This document shows positions 8,705-17,715 of a stretch of 39,806 bases of DNA, one piece after another. Positions within the stretch are counted from its first letter, which is position 1. Every line of letters starts with the position of its first letter. The position numbers were made by a program, and so were the translations under genes. The DNA comes from a virus (taxonomy: Duplodnaviria > Caudoviricetes), in the IMG/VR virus record IMGVR_UViG_3300014656_006081, positions 1 to 39,806 of that record; one strand, given 5' to 3'. Below the pieces are notes generated by a model. It did not search any database and was not told the origin of the DNA. It worked only from the letters and a program-made list of their open reading frames with translations.

Positions 8705-10855
8705 TTATAAAGAATCAAGTTCAGCAAGTAGTTTTTCAGCATCAATAGGTTCAACGAATTTAACTGTGAGTTGATCCTCCAAACCGAAAACAGAAAGGGC
8801 CTCCTTAATTATTTTGAACTTATCTGTACTGTTCTTGTTAGTCTCGATAAAATGAGAACTTGAAATTTCTTTTGGCTCTCGTAGTTCATTTTCATCAGTC
8901 TTCAAATTGAACATCTCCGCTATATGCGGTTTTATAAATTCGTCTGGCAAAATCTCATATAATTTTTTGAATACACTTACATATAATTCAGTAATATTAC
9001 TTACCCGAATTTTGACACCAAGAAAAATTGCATACTCTAATTTTCTGTGCGTTGGAGAGTCAACACTGAATATATTTACTTCACCATTTAGCAAATCATT
9101 TTTATTGTGCTCTTCTGAGTATGATTTGATTCCATAGGCATCAATAAATACATTCAAAAGTTTAAGCGCCCTGTCACGAATCTCTTCTTCGCCGAATGTT
9201 TCATAGCCAAGAAGAAGTTTATTTAAGTTAATCCGTGATACATCACTAAGTATCTTTTTTTTCTCGACAAAGGACTTATTGCTAAGGCCTTGGTTGTCAA
9301 GCGTTATAGAAAGATTTCCTAATGTATGTAGATATCTTTCGTGGACATCTTTAGGAATTTTCCATTCTGGCGACAAAGTCTGAGGCATAATATGCTCAAT
9401 CTGACACTTTTCCAAATCTCGCTCGAATGAAAGAAGTTCTTTTTTATTAATGTTTTCAATCAATATTAAGAATTTTAATGTTTGCTTCTTTAACCTGTTG
9501 TAGAGGTCAATTTCAACAACGTTACGCGTTAACTGCTTGAGACTAGGCTGCCGATAGCCTTCTGGTGCTGAAGTAACTAGCTTTTCAAATGCGACAGCAT
9601 AGTCGCGGCGATAATCAGAAAATTCATTTTTTAGTTTCTTTGGGATCGTGGGTATAAACCTTGTGATTTGCTTCGTAGGAAGCCCTCCAAGTAAACGACA
9701 CGCGTCGTAAGCTACAACCTTTTTCAAAGCCCTATTCAAGCCATTAACGTCATCAACAATAATACTTCCATTTTCAATTGTAGCATGCTTATCAATAATA
9801 TCCATTAAAAGTGTCGAGTATGTTGAAAACGAAGATCGCAAATACTCAATACTGTTTTGATCGATATCTTTATGTGAATTTACACGAATTGTTTGATAAA
9901 TAATCGCCCATTTTGTAATGTCAAATATTAATTCTTTGCATTGTTTAAATCCTTCAATTTCGCCAACAAATGTTTTAAAAGTATAATATATAATTTTTGG
10001 ATCACGATTTACAAGTACAAATGTTTTTACTGCTATGTATTGACGAAAAAATAATTCTAACTCATCTTCTACTTTTTTTTCATTAGAAAATAATGATTCA
10101 AAATTTTTTATGTAAAGATTTGTTAGCTGTTCCTTTTCTGTTGTACTGAAATGATTATTCTTAAATGTAAAAATGAAATTTTTTATCAAATCAGAACTAG
10201 AAAGCGGTTTGCCAAGTGAATTTATAGATTCAAATACGGAGTTTTCATCTTGTGCATCATCTAGGAATATTATAACTACCTTGACTCTATCAAGAATATT
10301 TACAAATGATATAAAATCATCTGGTTTCATTCCACCAAGTCTTTTGAGAAGATACTGATAGTTTTCAAAATATTTAGTCTTTTTGTCATCTGCTGTGATT
10401 GTGTCTATTGCGCCAGTTAATAGTTTGCTTAACGAATTCTGATTCTCCATGTTGTTGAGCTTTAGTTTCACGATGCCATCATTATCCGTAAATAATGCTC
10501 TGCTAATATTTTTTGCAGCTTGTATAGCTTCATTTGTTTTAATAATATTTAAGTATATGTCGCGGATCGCACATAACACGAGAATAGTTGTTGTGATGCG
10601 CTGTTGGCCATCAATAATCACACGCTCGTCTTGAAAAGCACGAGTTCGATTTTTTACAATTATATTCCCAATATAGTATTCAGATTTTGTGTTTTCATCA
10701 TATTCTCGACCGAATTCAATAATATCATTGATCAATTTTTCAACATGTTTCTTTGCTTCCCAAGTATAGGTGCGCTGATATGTTGGAATTTGGAATTGTG
10801 CGTTATCGCCAATAATCAATTTTTTAATGTCTTTATGTCCGGATTCAATCGTCAT
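8705..10855 (-). CDS. DUF262 + DUF1524(HNH) GmrSD/SspE-like protein with extra C-terminal domain
   Basis: IPTYQRTYTW, IIDGQQRITT, FESINSLGKPL, IEHIMPQ, LHTLGNL, LSNKSF; low GC; GGAGG RBS. Confidence 0.9.
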   Translation of the reverse strand: MTIESGHKDIKKLIIGDNAQFQIPTYQRTYTWEAKKHVEKLINDIIEFGREYDENTKSEYYIGNIIVKNRTRAFQDERVIIDGQQRITTTILVLCAIRDIYLNIIKTNEAIQAAKNISRALFTDNDGIVKLKLNNMENQNSLSKLLTGAIDTITADDKKTKYFENYQYLLKRLGGMKPDDFISFVNILDRVKVVIIFLDDAQDENSVFESINSLGKPLSSSDLIKNFIFTFKNNHFSTTEKEQLTNLYIKNFESLFSNEKKVEDELELFFRQYIAVKTFVLVNRDPKIIYYTFKTFVGEIEGFKQCKELIFDITKWAIIYQTIRVNSHKDIDQNSIEYLRSSFSTYSTLLMDIIDKHATIENGSIIVDDVNGLNRALKKVVAYDACRLLGGLPTKQITRFIPTIPKKLKNEFSDYRRDYAVAFEKLVTSAPEGYRQPSLKQLTRNVVEIDLYNRLKKQTLKFLILIENINKKELLSFERDLEKCQIEHIMPQTLSPEWKIPKDVHERYLHTLGNLSITLDNQGLSNKSFVEKKKILSDVSRINLNKLLLGYETFGEEEIRDRALKLLNVFIDAYGIKSYSEEHNKNDLLNGEVNIFSVDSPTHRKLEYAIFLGVKIRVSNITELYVSVFKKLYEILPDEFIKPHIAEMFNLKTDENELREPKEISSSHFIETNKNSTDKFKIIKEALSVFGLEDQLTVKFVEPIDAEKLLAELDSL

Positions 10856-11348
10856 TATTTTCCTCCAAGTTGCACAAGCCCAGATTTTAGTTTGAGGAGC
10901 TCTTTCACATGCACATGTGTAAGGAGTTTAAAGAGACGGGGTTCTTCGCACCGGACCGATTTTCTAAGCATAGGTTTGCGCAAAGCAGCCCTCACGGGAA
11001 GTTGAAAATGCCAATTTTTAATTCAGCCAATAAACTTACTGACACCAGTAATCGACGTTTAGTCGTCAACGGGCTTTAGGCGAGGCGAAAACCAGCCATG
11101 TCCTCTCGTTTTGTCAAAAAAGCTCTTGACCCGGATGAGTCGTTTGGTGGTGGGTCCAGGTCATCTCCGGCTTGGCAGATCGTTGAGGAGTAATCCCGAG
11201 AGCCGAGTTATTGCTAATTTTCATTTACATCTGTTAAACGGTAAAGCATTAATTGTTATATGATTTAATATCACAAAGCTACATTTTAGCCAAAGATAAT
11301 CTGTGGCTTTCGAAAAGATGAGTATTCAATAATCCCTTGTGAATTTTC

Positions 11349-11375
11349 CGTCCACCACGTCCACCACGTCCACGA
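11349..11375 (+). repeat. Three tandem 9-bp direct repeats
   Basis: CGTCCACCA CGTCCACCA CGTCCACGA just upstream of the head operon. Confidence 0.9.
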
Positions 11376-11408
11376 CATGATGCCCGGCCCGTTCTATCCT
11401 GCCGGGCA
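11372..11408 (+). promoter_or_regulatory. Putative leaderless late promoter
   Basis: ACGACA (11372-11377), 17 bp, TATCCT (11395-11400), 7 nt, ATG 11408; no SD sequence. Confidence 0.55.
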
Positions 11409-11629
11409 TGTCTATTTGGTCAAAAGAAGAGCTTGAGCAGCAGATAGCCGCCTGGAAGAAGGCGCTTCTTTCTGTGTCGAGGGGCAAGGCGTACTCCATT
11501 GCCGGGCGCACGCTCACGCTGCAGGACGTGGCGGAGATCCGCACCACCATCGAGTGGCTTGATTCCGAGCGCCGCAAGCTCATTGGCCAGTCCGGCCCCG
11601 TGTTCGTCACCGGGCGGGTGGTGCGATGA
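11408..11629 (+). CDS. Head-tail adaptor, lambda gpW-like
   Basis: 73 aa, GKAYSIAGRTLT motif, directly before portal. Confidence 0.85.
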   Translation: MSIWSKEELEQQIAAWKKALLSVSRGKAYSIAGRTLTLQDVAEIRTTIEWLDSERRKLIGQSGPVFVTGRVVR

Positions 11630-13149
11630 GGGCCCCGGCGCTGACGCGCAAGCGTTCCCTGTGCATGGCCTCCGCCCTGGGGCGCGCCATGCCGTCCATT
11701 TCTCGCGACGCCGGGCGGCATCGCGGCACTCTCAGCAACTATCGGCCCACCCGCACGACCATCTCCCATGAGGCCTTTGAGCGCGGCACCGCGCAGTCCC
11801 GCTCCGAGGATCTGACCGCCAACGACTGGGCTGCCGCCTCGGTCGTCGATTCCATGACCGTGAACACGGTCGGCTCCGGCATTAAGCCCCAGGCGCGTGT
11901 GAACTGGAAGCGCCTGGGCATCTCGCAGGAAGCGGCCAAAGACCTGAACGAGCAGATGGAGTGGGCCTGGCGGCTGTGGTCTGTCGAGGCGCACGTCTCG
12001 GGCAAGCTCCATTTCGACGACTTGGTCTTTCTCGGCATGCGCTCGCTGCTGCGCATGGGCGAGCTGGTGCATCTGCCGCTGATGCTCGATGATCCGAGCC
12101 GTACCTTTTCTCTGGCTTTTCAGGATGTGCATCCGGCGCGTCTCTGCACCCCCTCCGACCGCACCATGGATCCGTCCCTGCGAGACGGCGTGGAGCTGTC
12201 GTCCATAGGTCGTCCCCTCGCCTATTGGATCGCCAGCCCCGAGCCGAGCCGGGGAGTGGGCCTGAACCAACCGTTCTCCCTCCTTGGTTCGGCCCATTTC
12301 GTCCGGCGTCCGGCGCTGACCGGGCATCGCCCCGGCGTGTTCCACTGCTTCCGTGCGGAGGAGGACGAACAGGTGCGCGGCGTGCCCAAGCTCGCCCCGG
12401 GCATGAAACTGTTCCGGCACCTGAACGATTCCTTCGACTATGAGCTCATGGCGCAGATCGTCTCCGCGTCCTTCCCTGTGTTTATCGCCACCAAGGATCC
12501 CCAGGCCGTCGCCCGCCAGTGGGCTCAGCCCCAGCCGGGGGAGGGCGAGGAAGACCAGCGCCGTTATTATCAGAACCTGCCCCCTGGCACGGTGGCCTAC
12601 GGCAACCCGGGCGAGGAGCCCATCCCCATCGAAAGCAAACGGCCCGGCAACAACTTCACCTCGTTCGCCGAGCTGATCATGCGTTCCATGGCCGCGTCCG
12701 TGGGCATGCCCTACGAGGTCCTGGCCAAGGACTTCTCCAAGACCAACTATTCCTCCGCCCGGGCCGCCTTGCTGGAGGCCTGGCGCATCTTCCTGCTCTA
12801 CCGCACCTGGCTGGTGCGCCACTACTGCCAGCCCATCTGGAACATGGTCCAAGAAGAGGCCTGGCTGCGTGGCATCATCACGCTGCCCAAGGGCGCTCCC
12901 GATTTTTACGACGCGCAATACGCCTATACCAACGCCGCCTGGATCGGCCCCGCCCGGGGCTATGTGGACCCGGTCAAGGAAGTCGTGGCCTCGACCAAGG
13001 CTCTGGAAGCCCGCTTGACCACTTACGCCGACGTCATCGCCGAGCGCGGTGGCGACATCGAGGAGGTCTGGAACCAGCGCGAGGTGGAAGAAGCGCGCTT
13101 GCGGGAGCTGGGTCCCCAGCAACAGCAACAGGAGATCGCCGATGTTTGA
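11626..13149 (+). CDS. Portal protein, lambda family
   Basis: RSEDLTANDW, VGSGIKP, QVRGVP, DFSKTNYSSARAALLE, YVDPVKE. Confidence 0.95.
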   Translation: MRAPALTRKRSLCMASALGRAMPSISRDAGRHRGTLSNYRPTRTTISHEAFERGTAQSRSEDLTANDWAAASVVDSMTVNTVGSGIKPQARVNWKRLGISQEAAKDLNEQMEWAWRLWSVEAHVSGKLHFDDLVFLGMRSLLRMGELVHLPLMLDDPSRTFSLAFQDVHPARLCTPSDRTMDPSLRDGVELSSIGRPLAYWIASPEPSRGVGLNQPFSLLGSAHFVRRPALTGHRPGVFHCFRAEEDEQVRGVPKLAPGMKLFRHLNDSFDYELMAQIVSASFPVFIATKDPQAVARQWAQPQPGEGEEDQRRYYQNLPPGTVAYGNPGEEPIPIESKRPGNNFTSFAELIMRSMAASVGMPYEVLAKDFSKTNYSSARAALLEAWRIFLLYRTWLVRHYCQPIWNMVQEEAWLRGIITLPKGAPDFYDAQYAYTNAAWIGPARGYVDPVKEVVASTKALEARLTTYADVIAERGGDIEEVWNQREVEEARLRELGPQQQQQEIADV

Positions 13150-14341
13150 GCTCTTGGGGCAGCGGTTGTGGGCCGTCGCGCCCACCGCCGTGGAACGAAT
13201 CTATCTTGAAACCCGCCATCCCTCGGCAGGCGCGGGCCTGTTTGGTCGTCAGTCCGAGCAGGCTCGCGCCTCTTACGACGTCATCAGCGGCGTGGCCGTG
13301 ATCAACGTGCGGGGCGTTTTGGCCAAGCGCGGCGGCTGGTGGGCGCAGGGCTACGAGCAGATCCGCGAGGACATCCAGGCCGCCCTGGCCGACGGCTCCG
13401 TGCGCTGCATCCTGTTGAATGTGGACAGCCCGGGCGGCGGCGCGGACGGCGTGAAGGTCCTGGCCGACTGGATCTATTCGGTCCGGGGTGCAAAGCCCAT
13501 GTGCGCCTATGCCGACGGCACCATGATGTCCGCCGCCTACTGGATCGGCGCGGCCACGGGCAGGATCTACGCGCCCAAGACTGCCGAGGTCGGCTCCGTG
13601 GGCGTGGTCATGCAGCACCTGGACTGGTCCAAGTACAACGACAAGCTCGGTGTGAACGTCACCTACGTCCACGCGGGCAAATGGAAGGTCGTGGGCAACC
13701 CGGACAATCCCCTGTCCGAGGAGGACCAAGCCTGCCTGCAGGAGCAGTGCGCCACCCTCTACGCCATGTTCACCGAGGACGTGGCCCGGGGTATGGGCCT
13801 TGATGCGTCGGGCGCGGACCAGTGGGCGGACGGCAAAACATTTTTCGCTGAGAAGGCCCAGCAGCTGGGGCTTGTCAGCGGCATCGTCGCAGGCCGTGAG
13901 GAACTCATCGAACGTCTAACCCAGGAGTCATCTCCCATGACCAGAAAGGAGCTGGAAGCCCAGCACCCTGAACTGCTCGCGCAGATCGAAACCGAGGCCA
14001 GGGACGCTGCACAGGAGCAAGGCCGCAAGCAGGCCATGGCTGAAGCAGCTACCCTGATCCGCACCGTGGCCGGTGACGAAGCCGCCGACCGTTTCCAGGC
14101 CCTGACCGAGGCCGGAGTCTCCGCCAAGCAGATGGAGGCCCTTGCGCCGCTCTTCGCCGCGTCCGCGCAGAAGCCCGAAGGCGAAGGCGGGGATGACAGC
14201 GAATCCCGCAAGAAGATCCTGCAGGCCCTGCAGGACAGCGGCCCGTCCCCCGTCCATGCCACCCGGCAGCCCCAGCCCGAGACCCCCGACATGAAGCGGG
14301 CGGCCTCGGCTGAACGCATGAAAAATCTGGAAAGGAGGTAG
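13142..14341 (+). CDS. S49 prohead protease (lambda gpC-like) with C-terminal scaffold
   Basis: LNVDSPGG, MMSAAYWI, VGSVGV, AQQLGLV; start 13142 overlaps the portal stop. Confidence 0.92.
   Translation: MFELLGQRLWAVAPTAVERIYLETRHPSAGAGLFGRQSEQARASYDVISGVAVINVRGVLAKRGGWWAQGYEQIREDIQAALADGSVRCILLNVDSPGGGADGVKVLADWIYSVRGAKPMCAYADGTMMSAAYWIGAATGRIYAPKTAEVGSVGVVMQHLDWSKYNDKLGVNVTYVHAGKWKVVGNPDNPLSEEDQACLQEQCATLYAMFTEDVARGMGLDASGADQWADGKTFFAEKAQQLGLVSGIVAGREELIERLTQESSPMTRKELEAQHPELLAQIETEARDAAQEQGRKQAMAEAATLIRTVAGDEAADRFQALTEAGVSAKQMEALAPLFAASAQKPEGEGGDDSESRKKILQALQDSGPSPVHATRQPQPETPDMKRAASAERMKNLERR
13937..14341 (+). CDS. Putative nested in-frame scaffold protein (Nu3-like)
   Basis: In-frame ATG with AGGAG at 13923-13927; MTRKELEAQHPELLAQI start typical of scaffolds. 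Confidence 0.6.
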   Translation: MTRKELEAQHPELLAQIETEARDAAQEQGRKQAMAEAATLIRTVAGDEAADRFQALTEAGVSAKQMEALAPLFAASAQKPEGEGGDDSESRKKILQALQDSGPSPVHATRQPQPETPDMKRAASAERMKNLERR

Positions 14342-14344
14342 GCC

Positions 14345-14704
14345 ATGCACGTTGCAAGCTATCAGGCCCCGAACTTTGTGGGCAGTCACCCCTCGATCAT
14401 GAAGCATTGCGTGCTGGCCTCCAGCGGCGCGGAAGTGGACCTCGTCGCCGGGACGGTGCTCGGACTCGTCACCGCCACTGGCAAGGCCGTGGCCTGGAGC
14501 CCCGCCGCCGCCGATGGCAGTCAGGTGGCCGCCCTGATTCTGGTGGAGGACGTTCGCCTGCCCATCGCGGGTGACATCAGTGCAAACGTGTACGTGCATG
14601 GTGAGTTTTTGCGCAAAGGCCTCGGTTGGCCCGATGCCGCGACCGACGAGCAGAAGGCCGCCGCCGTGGCAGCCCTGGCCGCCAAGGGCCTGTACGTCAA
14701 GTAA
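14345..14704 (+). CDS. Head decoration protein (gpD-like)
   Basis: AGTVLG, ADGSQVA, VYVHGEF; lies between protease and capsid. Confidence 0.88.
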   Translation: MHVASYQAPNFVGSHPSIMKHCVLASSGAEVDLVAGTVLGLVTATGKAVAWSPAAADGSQVAALILVEDVRLPIAGDISANVYVHGEFLRKGLGWPDAATDEQKAAAVAALAAKGLYVK

Positions 14705-14723
14705 CTAGCAAGGAGAATTCGAT

Positions 14724-15749
14724 ATGCCCACTCAACTGCCTCATCAGTTCGATGCTCGGACTCTGACCGAGGTCATCACCGCCCGCAAGCCGCTCCCGGG
14801 CCTGTTCAAGGAGCTCTTTTTCCGGACTCGCAACAAGCTGCCCAGCAAGTTCGCCGAGCTGGAAGTGCTGGTGCGCGGGCGCTCCCTGGTCCCGTTCGTG
14901 ACCGACTACGAGGGCGGAACCCTGTCTCCCAAGACCAAGCGCGAGCTGCGTACGGTCAAGACCCCGCGCATGAACCCCATCGAGCGCTTCTCCGCGCCGG
15001 AGCTGATCGACGTCAGCCGCCCGGGGCAGGGCCCCTATCGCAATACGCCGGAGGATCTGGACGCGGCCATCGAGGAGACCATCGTCCGCGACCTGGACGC
15101 CATCAAGGACGACATCGAGCTGACCATCGAGTTCATGTGCGCCCAGGCGGTCAAGGGCGGGCTGTCCGTTGTTCAGGAAGGGATCAAGGTCCTGGACATC
15201 GATTTCCTCATGCCCAGCGAGCACAAGATCGTCCTCGGTGACGGGGTGAGATGGAACCAGGACGACGGCGACCCCGAAGCCAACTTCGAGGATTGGGCCG
15301 CGCTCATCCTCAATGCCGCTGGGGTCGGTGCGGATGTGTGCGTCATGGGCACCAACGCCTGGCGCGCCTTCAAGGGCAACGCCAAGATCAAGGATGATCT
15401 GGATCGCCGTCGCATCGAGATCGGCAGCCTTTCCCCGGACGTGAACAAGCTGCGCAAGGGCGAATACAACGGCCTGGATATCTACTCCTACGGCGGGGAG
15501 TACGAGGATCTGGACGGCACGGTTCAGCATCTGCTGCACCCCGACTATGTCCTGCTGGGCTCCACCTCCGCCAGGTGCAGCATCGAGTTCGGCGTGCCCG
15601 AGGATCTCAAGAACCACGGCAAGCCCAACGAGTATTTCGCCAAGGCCTGGGAAGAGGAAAACCCCTCCGCCTATTGGATGGGTGTCGAGTCCCGCCCGCT
15701 TCCGTTCCCCAAACAGTCCGGCGGGTTCGTCTACGCCAAAGTGCTCTAG
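14724..15749 (+). CDS. Major capsid protein (lambda gpE family)
   Basis: LFF, LVPFV, IEFMCAQA, ESRPLP; 341 aa. Confidence 0.92.
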   Translation: MPTQLPHQFDARTLTEVITARKPLPGLFKELFFRTRNKLPSKFAELEVLVRGRSLVPFVTDYEGGTLSPKTKRELRTVKTPRMNPIERFSAPELIDVSRPGQGPYRNTPEDLDAAIEETIVRDLDAIKDDIELTIEFMCAQAVKGGLSVVQEGIKVLDIDFLMPSEHKIVLGDGVRWNQDDGDPEANFEDWAALILNAAGVGADVCVMGTNAWRAFKGNAKIKDDLDRRRIEIGSLSPDVNKLRKGEYNGLDIYSYGGEYEDLDGTVQHLLHPDYVLLGSTSARCSIEFGVPEDLKNHGKPNEYFAKAWEEENPSAYWMGVESRPLPFPKQSGGFVYAKVL

Positions 15750-15758
15750 GAGGTCGTC

Positions 15759-16139
15759 ATGGCGAAGAAGACTATCAAGGTTGTTATGGCCGTCACCTAC
15801 AGCGGCAAGGCGGGCCAGGTGCCCGCCGGGAAGGCCGTGCCCCTGCCTGAGGCGGAAGCCCGGGACCTCATCGCACAGGGGTTGGCCCGGGAGTATGCGG
15901 CGGAGGCCGATGCCCCTTCCCTGATCAATCCCGAGGTCGAATCGCTGAAAGCCCAGGTGGCCGAACTGCACCAGCAGCTCGCTGCCAGGGATGAAGCGCT
16001 TCATACCGCGCAGGCCGATTTCGACGCCAAGCTGGGGCAGGCCCAGGAATACGCCGAAGGCCTTGAGGCCCGGCTACAGGAAGCGGGGCAGGGCGGCGAA
16101 GCGGACGGGGACAAGGACACGAAGAAGGCCGGAAAGTAA
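15759..16139 (+). CDS. Phage protein after capsid (FI-like position), coiled coil
   Basis: GGAGG RBS; EARDLIAQGLA motif. Confidence 0.65.
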   Translation: MAKKTIKVVMAVTYSGKAGQVPAGKAVPLPEAEARDLIAQGLAREYAAEADAPSLINPEVESLKAQVAELHQQLAARDEALHTAQADFDAKLGQAQEYAEGLEARLQEAGQGGEADGDKDTKKAGK

Positions 16140-16165
16140 CCGGACATTCCAAACAGGAAAGCGCG

Positions 16166-16429
16166 ATGACACTGACCCCGCTAGAAACCCTGCTCGGCAG
16201 CGCCATAATCTCGATCATCACCGCCCTGTCCGTGCGTCTGGTCCTGGGCGGCTCCTTTGTGACCAAGGTCCAGTGCAGGCTCAACCATGATCAGGAATGC
16301 CGCACCAACGGCAGCATCCAGCGCAAGCTGGACATCCAGTTCCGGATGCTGCGCGCGTTGATCCTTCATTCGGATCTGCCGACGGAGAAGAAGGAAGAGA
16401 TCCTCAACGAGCGGGGTGTGGACCGATGA
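16166..16429 (+). CDS. Small membrane protein (holin/antiholin-like)
   Basis: One N-terminal hydrophobic helix; first gene of the lysis block. Confidence 0.55.
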   Translation: MTLTPLETLLGSAIISIITALSVRLVLGGSFVTKVQCRLNHDQECRTNGSIQRKLDIQFRMLRALILHSDLPTEKKEEILNERGVDR

Positions 16430-16854
16430 AGACGGTGCTTCTGACCCGCTCCAGCACGGGTGAGCAGGGGACGTTCGGCTCGTTGGCCTTTGCGGGCCAG
16501 CTGCTGCGCACGGCGGAACTGCCGGACCATGGCAACCGCTGCAACGTCTCCTGCATCCCCGTGGGGGATTACCCTTGCAACCTGGTGCGTTCCCCGCGCT
16601 TCGGCACAGTCTACCACGTGGGGGAAGTGCCCGGACGCACGGGTGTGCTGATCCACGGCGGCAACTTGGCGGGGGATTCGGAGCGCGGCTGGCGCACGCA
16701 TTCCCACGGCTGCATCCTGCCCGGCCTGCACCAGGGCCGCCTGGGTGACCAGCGTGCCGTTCTTTGTTCGCGCCCCGCTCTGGGCAGGTTCATGGCGGCC
16801 CTGGGTGGTCAACCCTTCATCCTCAAAGTTCGGGAGGCTTTCCCCCATGCTTGA
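16426..16854 (+). CDS. DUF5675-family protein, putative endolysin
   Basis: TFGSL, ELP, CIPVGDY, VPGRTGVLIHGGN, SHGCILPG; ATGA overlap; flanked by membrane proteins. Confidence 0.75.
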   Translation: MKTVLLTRSSTGEQGTFGSLAFAGQLLRTAELPDHGNRCNVSCIPVGDYPCNLVRSPRFGTVYHVGEVPGRTGVLIHGGNLAGDSERGWRTHSHGCILPGLHQGRLGDQRAVLCSRPALGRFMAALGGQPFILKVREAFPHA

Positions 16855-17383
16855 GTTTTTGTTTTCCATCATCTCGGGCGGTGCAACGGGCCTGCTCGGT
16901 TCCCTGTTCAAGGGAGTCGGTGACTACTTCAAGCGCCGCCAGGAGATGAGCCACGAGTGCGAGATGCGCAGGCTGGATATGGAGTTGATGGACAAGGAAT
17001 GGGAATACCGCGACCGCGCCGCCGCGCGTGAGGGCGAGGTCCGCATGCAGGAGTCCGCCGACGATCTGCAGGCCGCGTCCTACGAGCACGACCAGGCGAC
17101 TTACTCGCGTGGGTTCAAGGTCAAGCTGGCGGTCAACCGTACCCTGCTGGTGCTGGTGGATGTGGTGCGCGGACTCACGCGTCCAGGGCTGACAATCTTC
17201 ATGCTCTGGCTGATCTGGGACACCCGCTGCGAGGTCCAGGCGGCGCTGGAGGCCGCAGGCATCGAGCGCATTGATATCGCCATGGCCATGGACCTGCAAA
17301 AACGCATCGTGTGCACCATCCTCTATCTGGCCACCTTGTGCGTGGCCTGGTGGTTCGGCGATCGCGGCAGGAGGGTTGCCTAG
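16847..17383 (+). CDS. 3TM holin family protein
   Basis: Gly-rich N-terminal helix, RGLTRPGLT, C-terminal WWFGDR. Confidence 0.72.
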   Translation: MLEFLFSIISGGATGLLGSLFKGVGDYFKRRQEMSHECEMRRLDMELMDKEWEYRDRAAAREGEVRMQESADDLQAASYEHDQATYSRGFKVKLAVNRTLLVLVDVVRGLTRPGLTIFMLWLIWDTRCEVQAALEAAGIERIDIAMAMDLQKRIVCTILYLATLCVAWWFGDRGRRVA

Positions 17384-17715
17384 TGGACTCCCTGTTCGTG
17401 GATGATCTGGATTTCTTCTTCGCGGGGCTGGATGCCCAGGAAGTGACCGCCGTGTTGTTGGACGGCAGCACGCGCGACTTCCAGGGGTATCTCGACGCGC
17501 CGTTTGCCCTGCATGGGCTTGGGGACGGTTTTGCCCTGGAGACGGCAACGCACAAGCTGATCTGCAAGGCCTCGGACGCGGCGTGGCTCATGCGGGGCTG
17601 CGTCCTTACCGTGGCCGGAACGGAGTACGACGTCGAGGACGTCCGGCCCGACGGTGCCGGAGTCGTTGTTCTCGACCTGACCAAGGCCGATGCAATCGTG
17701 GAGGTCATGGGCTGA
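17383..17715 (+). CDS. Head-tail joining protein
   Basis: GTG overlapping the holin stop; DDLDFFF and YDVEDVRPDGAG motifs. Confidence 0.7.
   Translation: MDSLFVDDLDFFFAGLDAQEVTAVLLDGSTRDFQGYLDAPFALHGLGDGFALETATHKLICKASDAAWLMRGCVLTVAGTEYDVEDVRPDGAGVVVLDLTKADAIVEVMG

Noticed and set aside
10856-11340. Short palindromes upstream of the DUF262 gene (e.g. TTACTG/CAGTAA at 11036-11051)
   Set aside because: Short and imperfect; no consistent structure that I can support
11349-11375. Tandem repeats as a CRISPR array
   Set aside because: 9-bp units with no spacers and no cas genes
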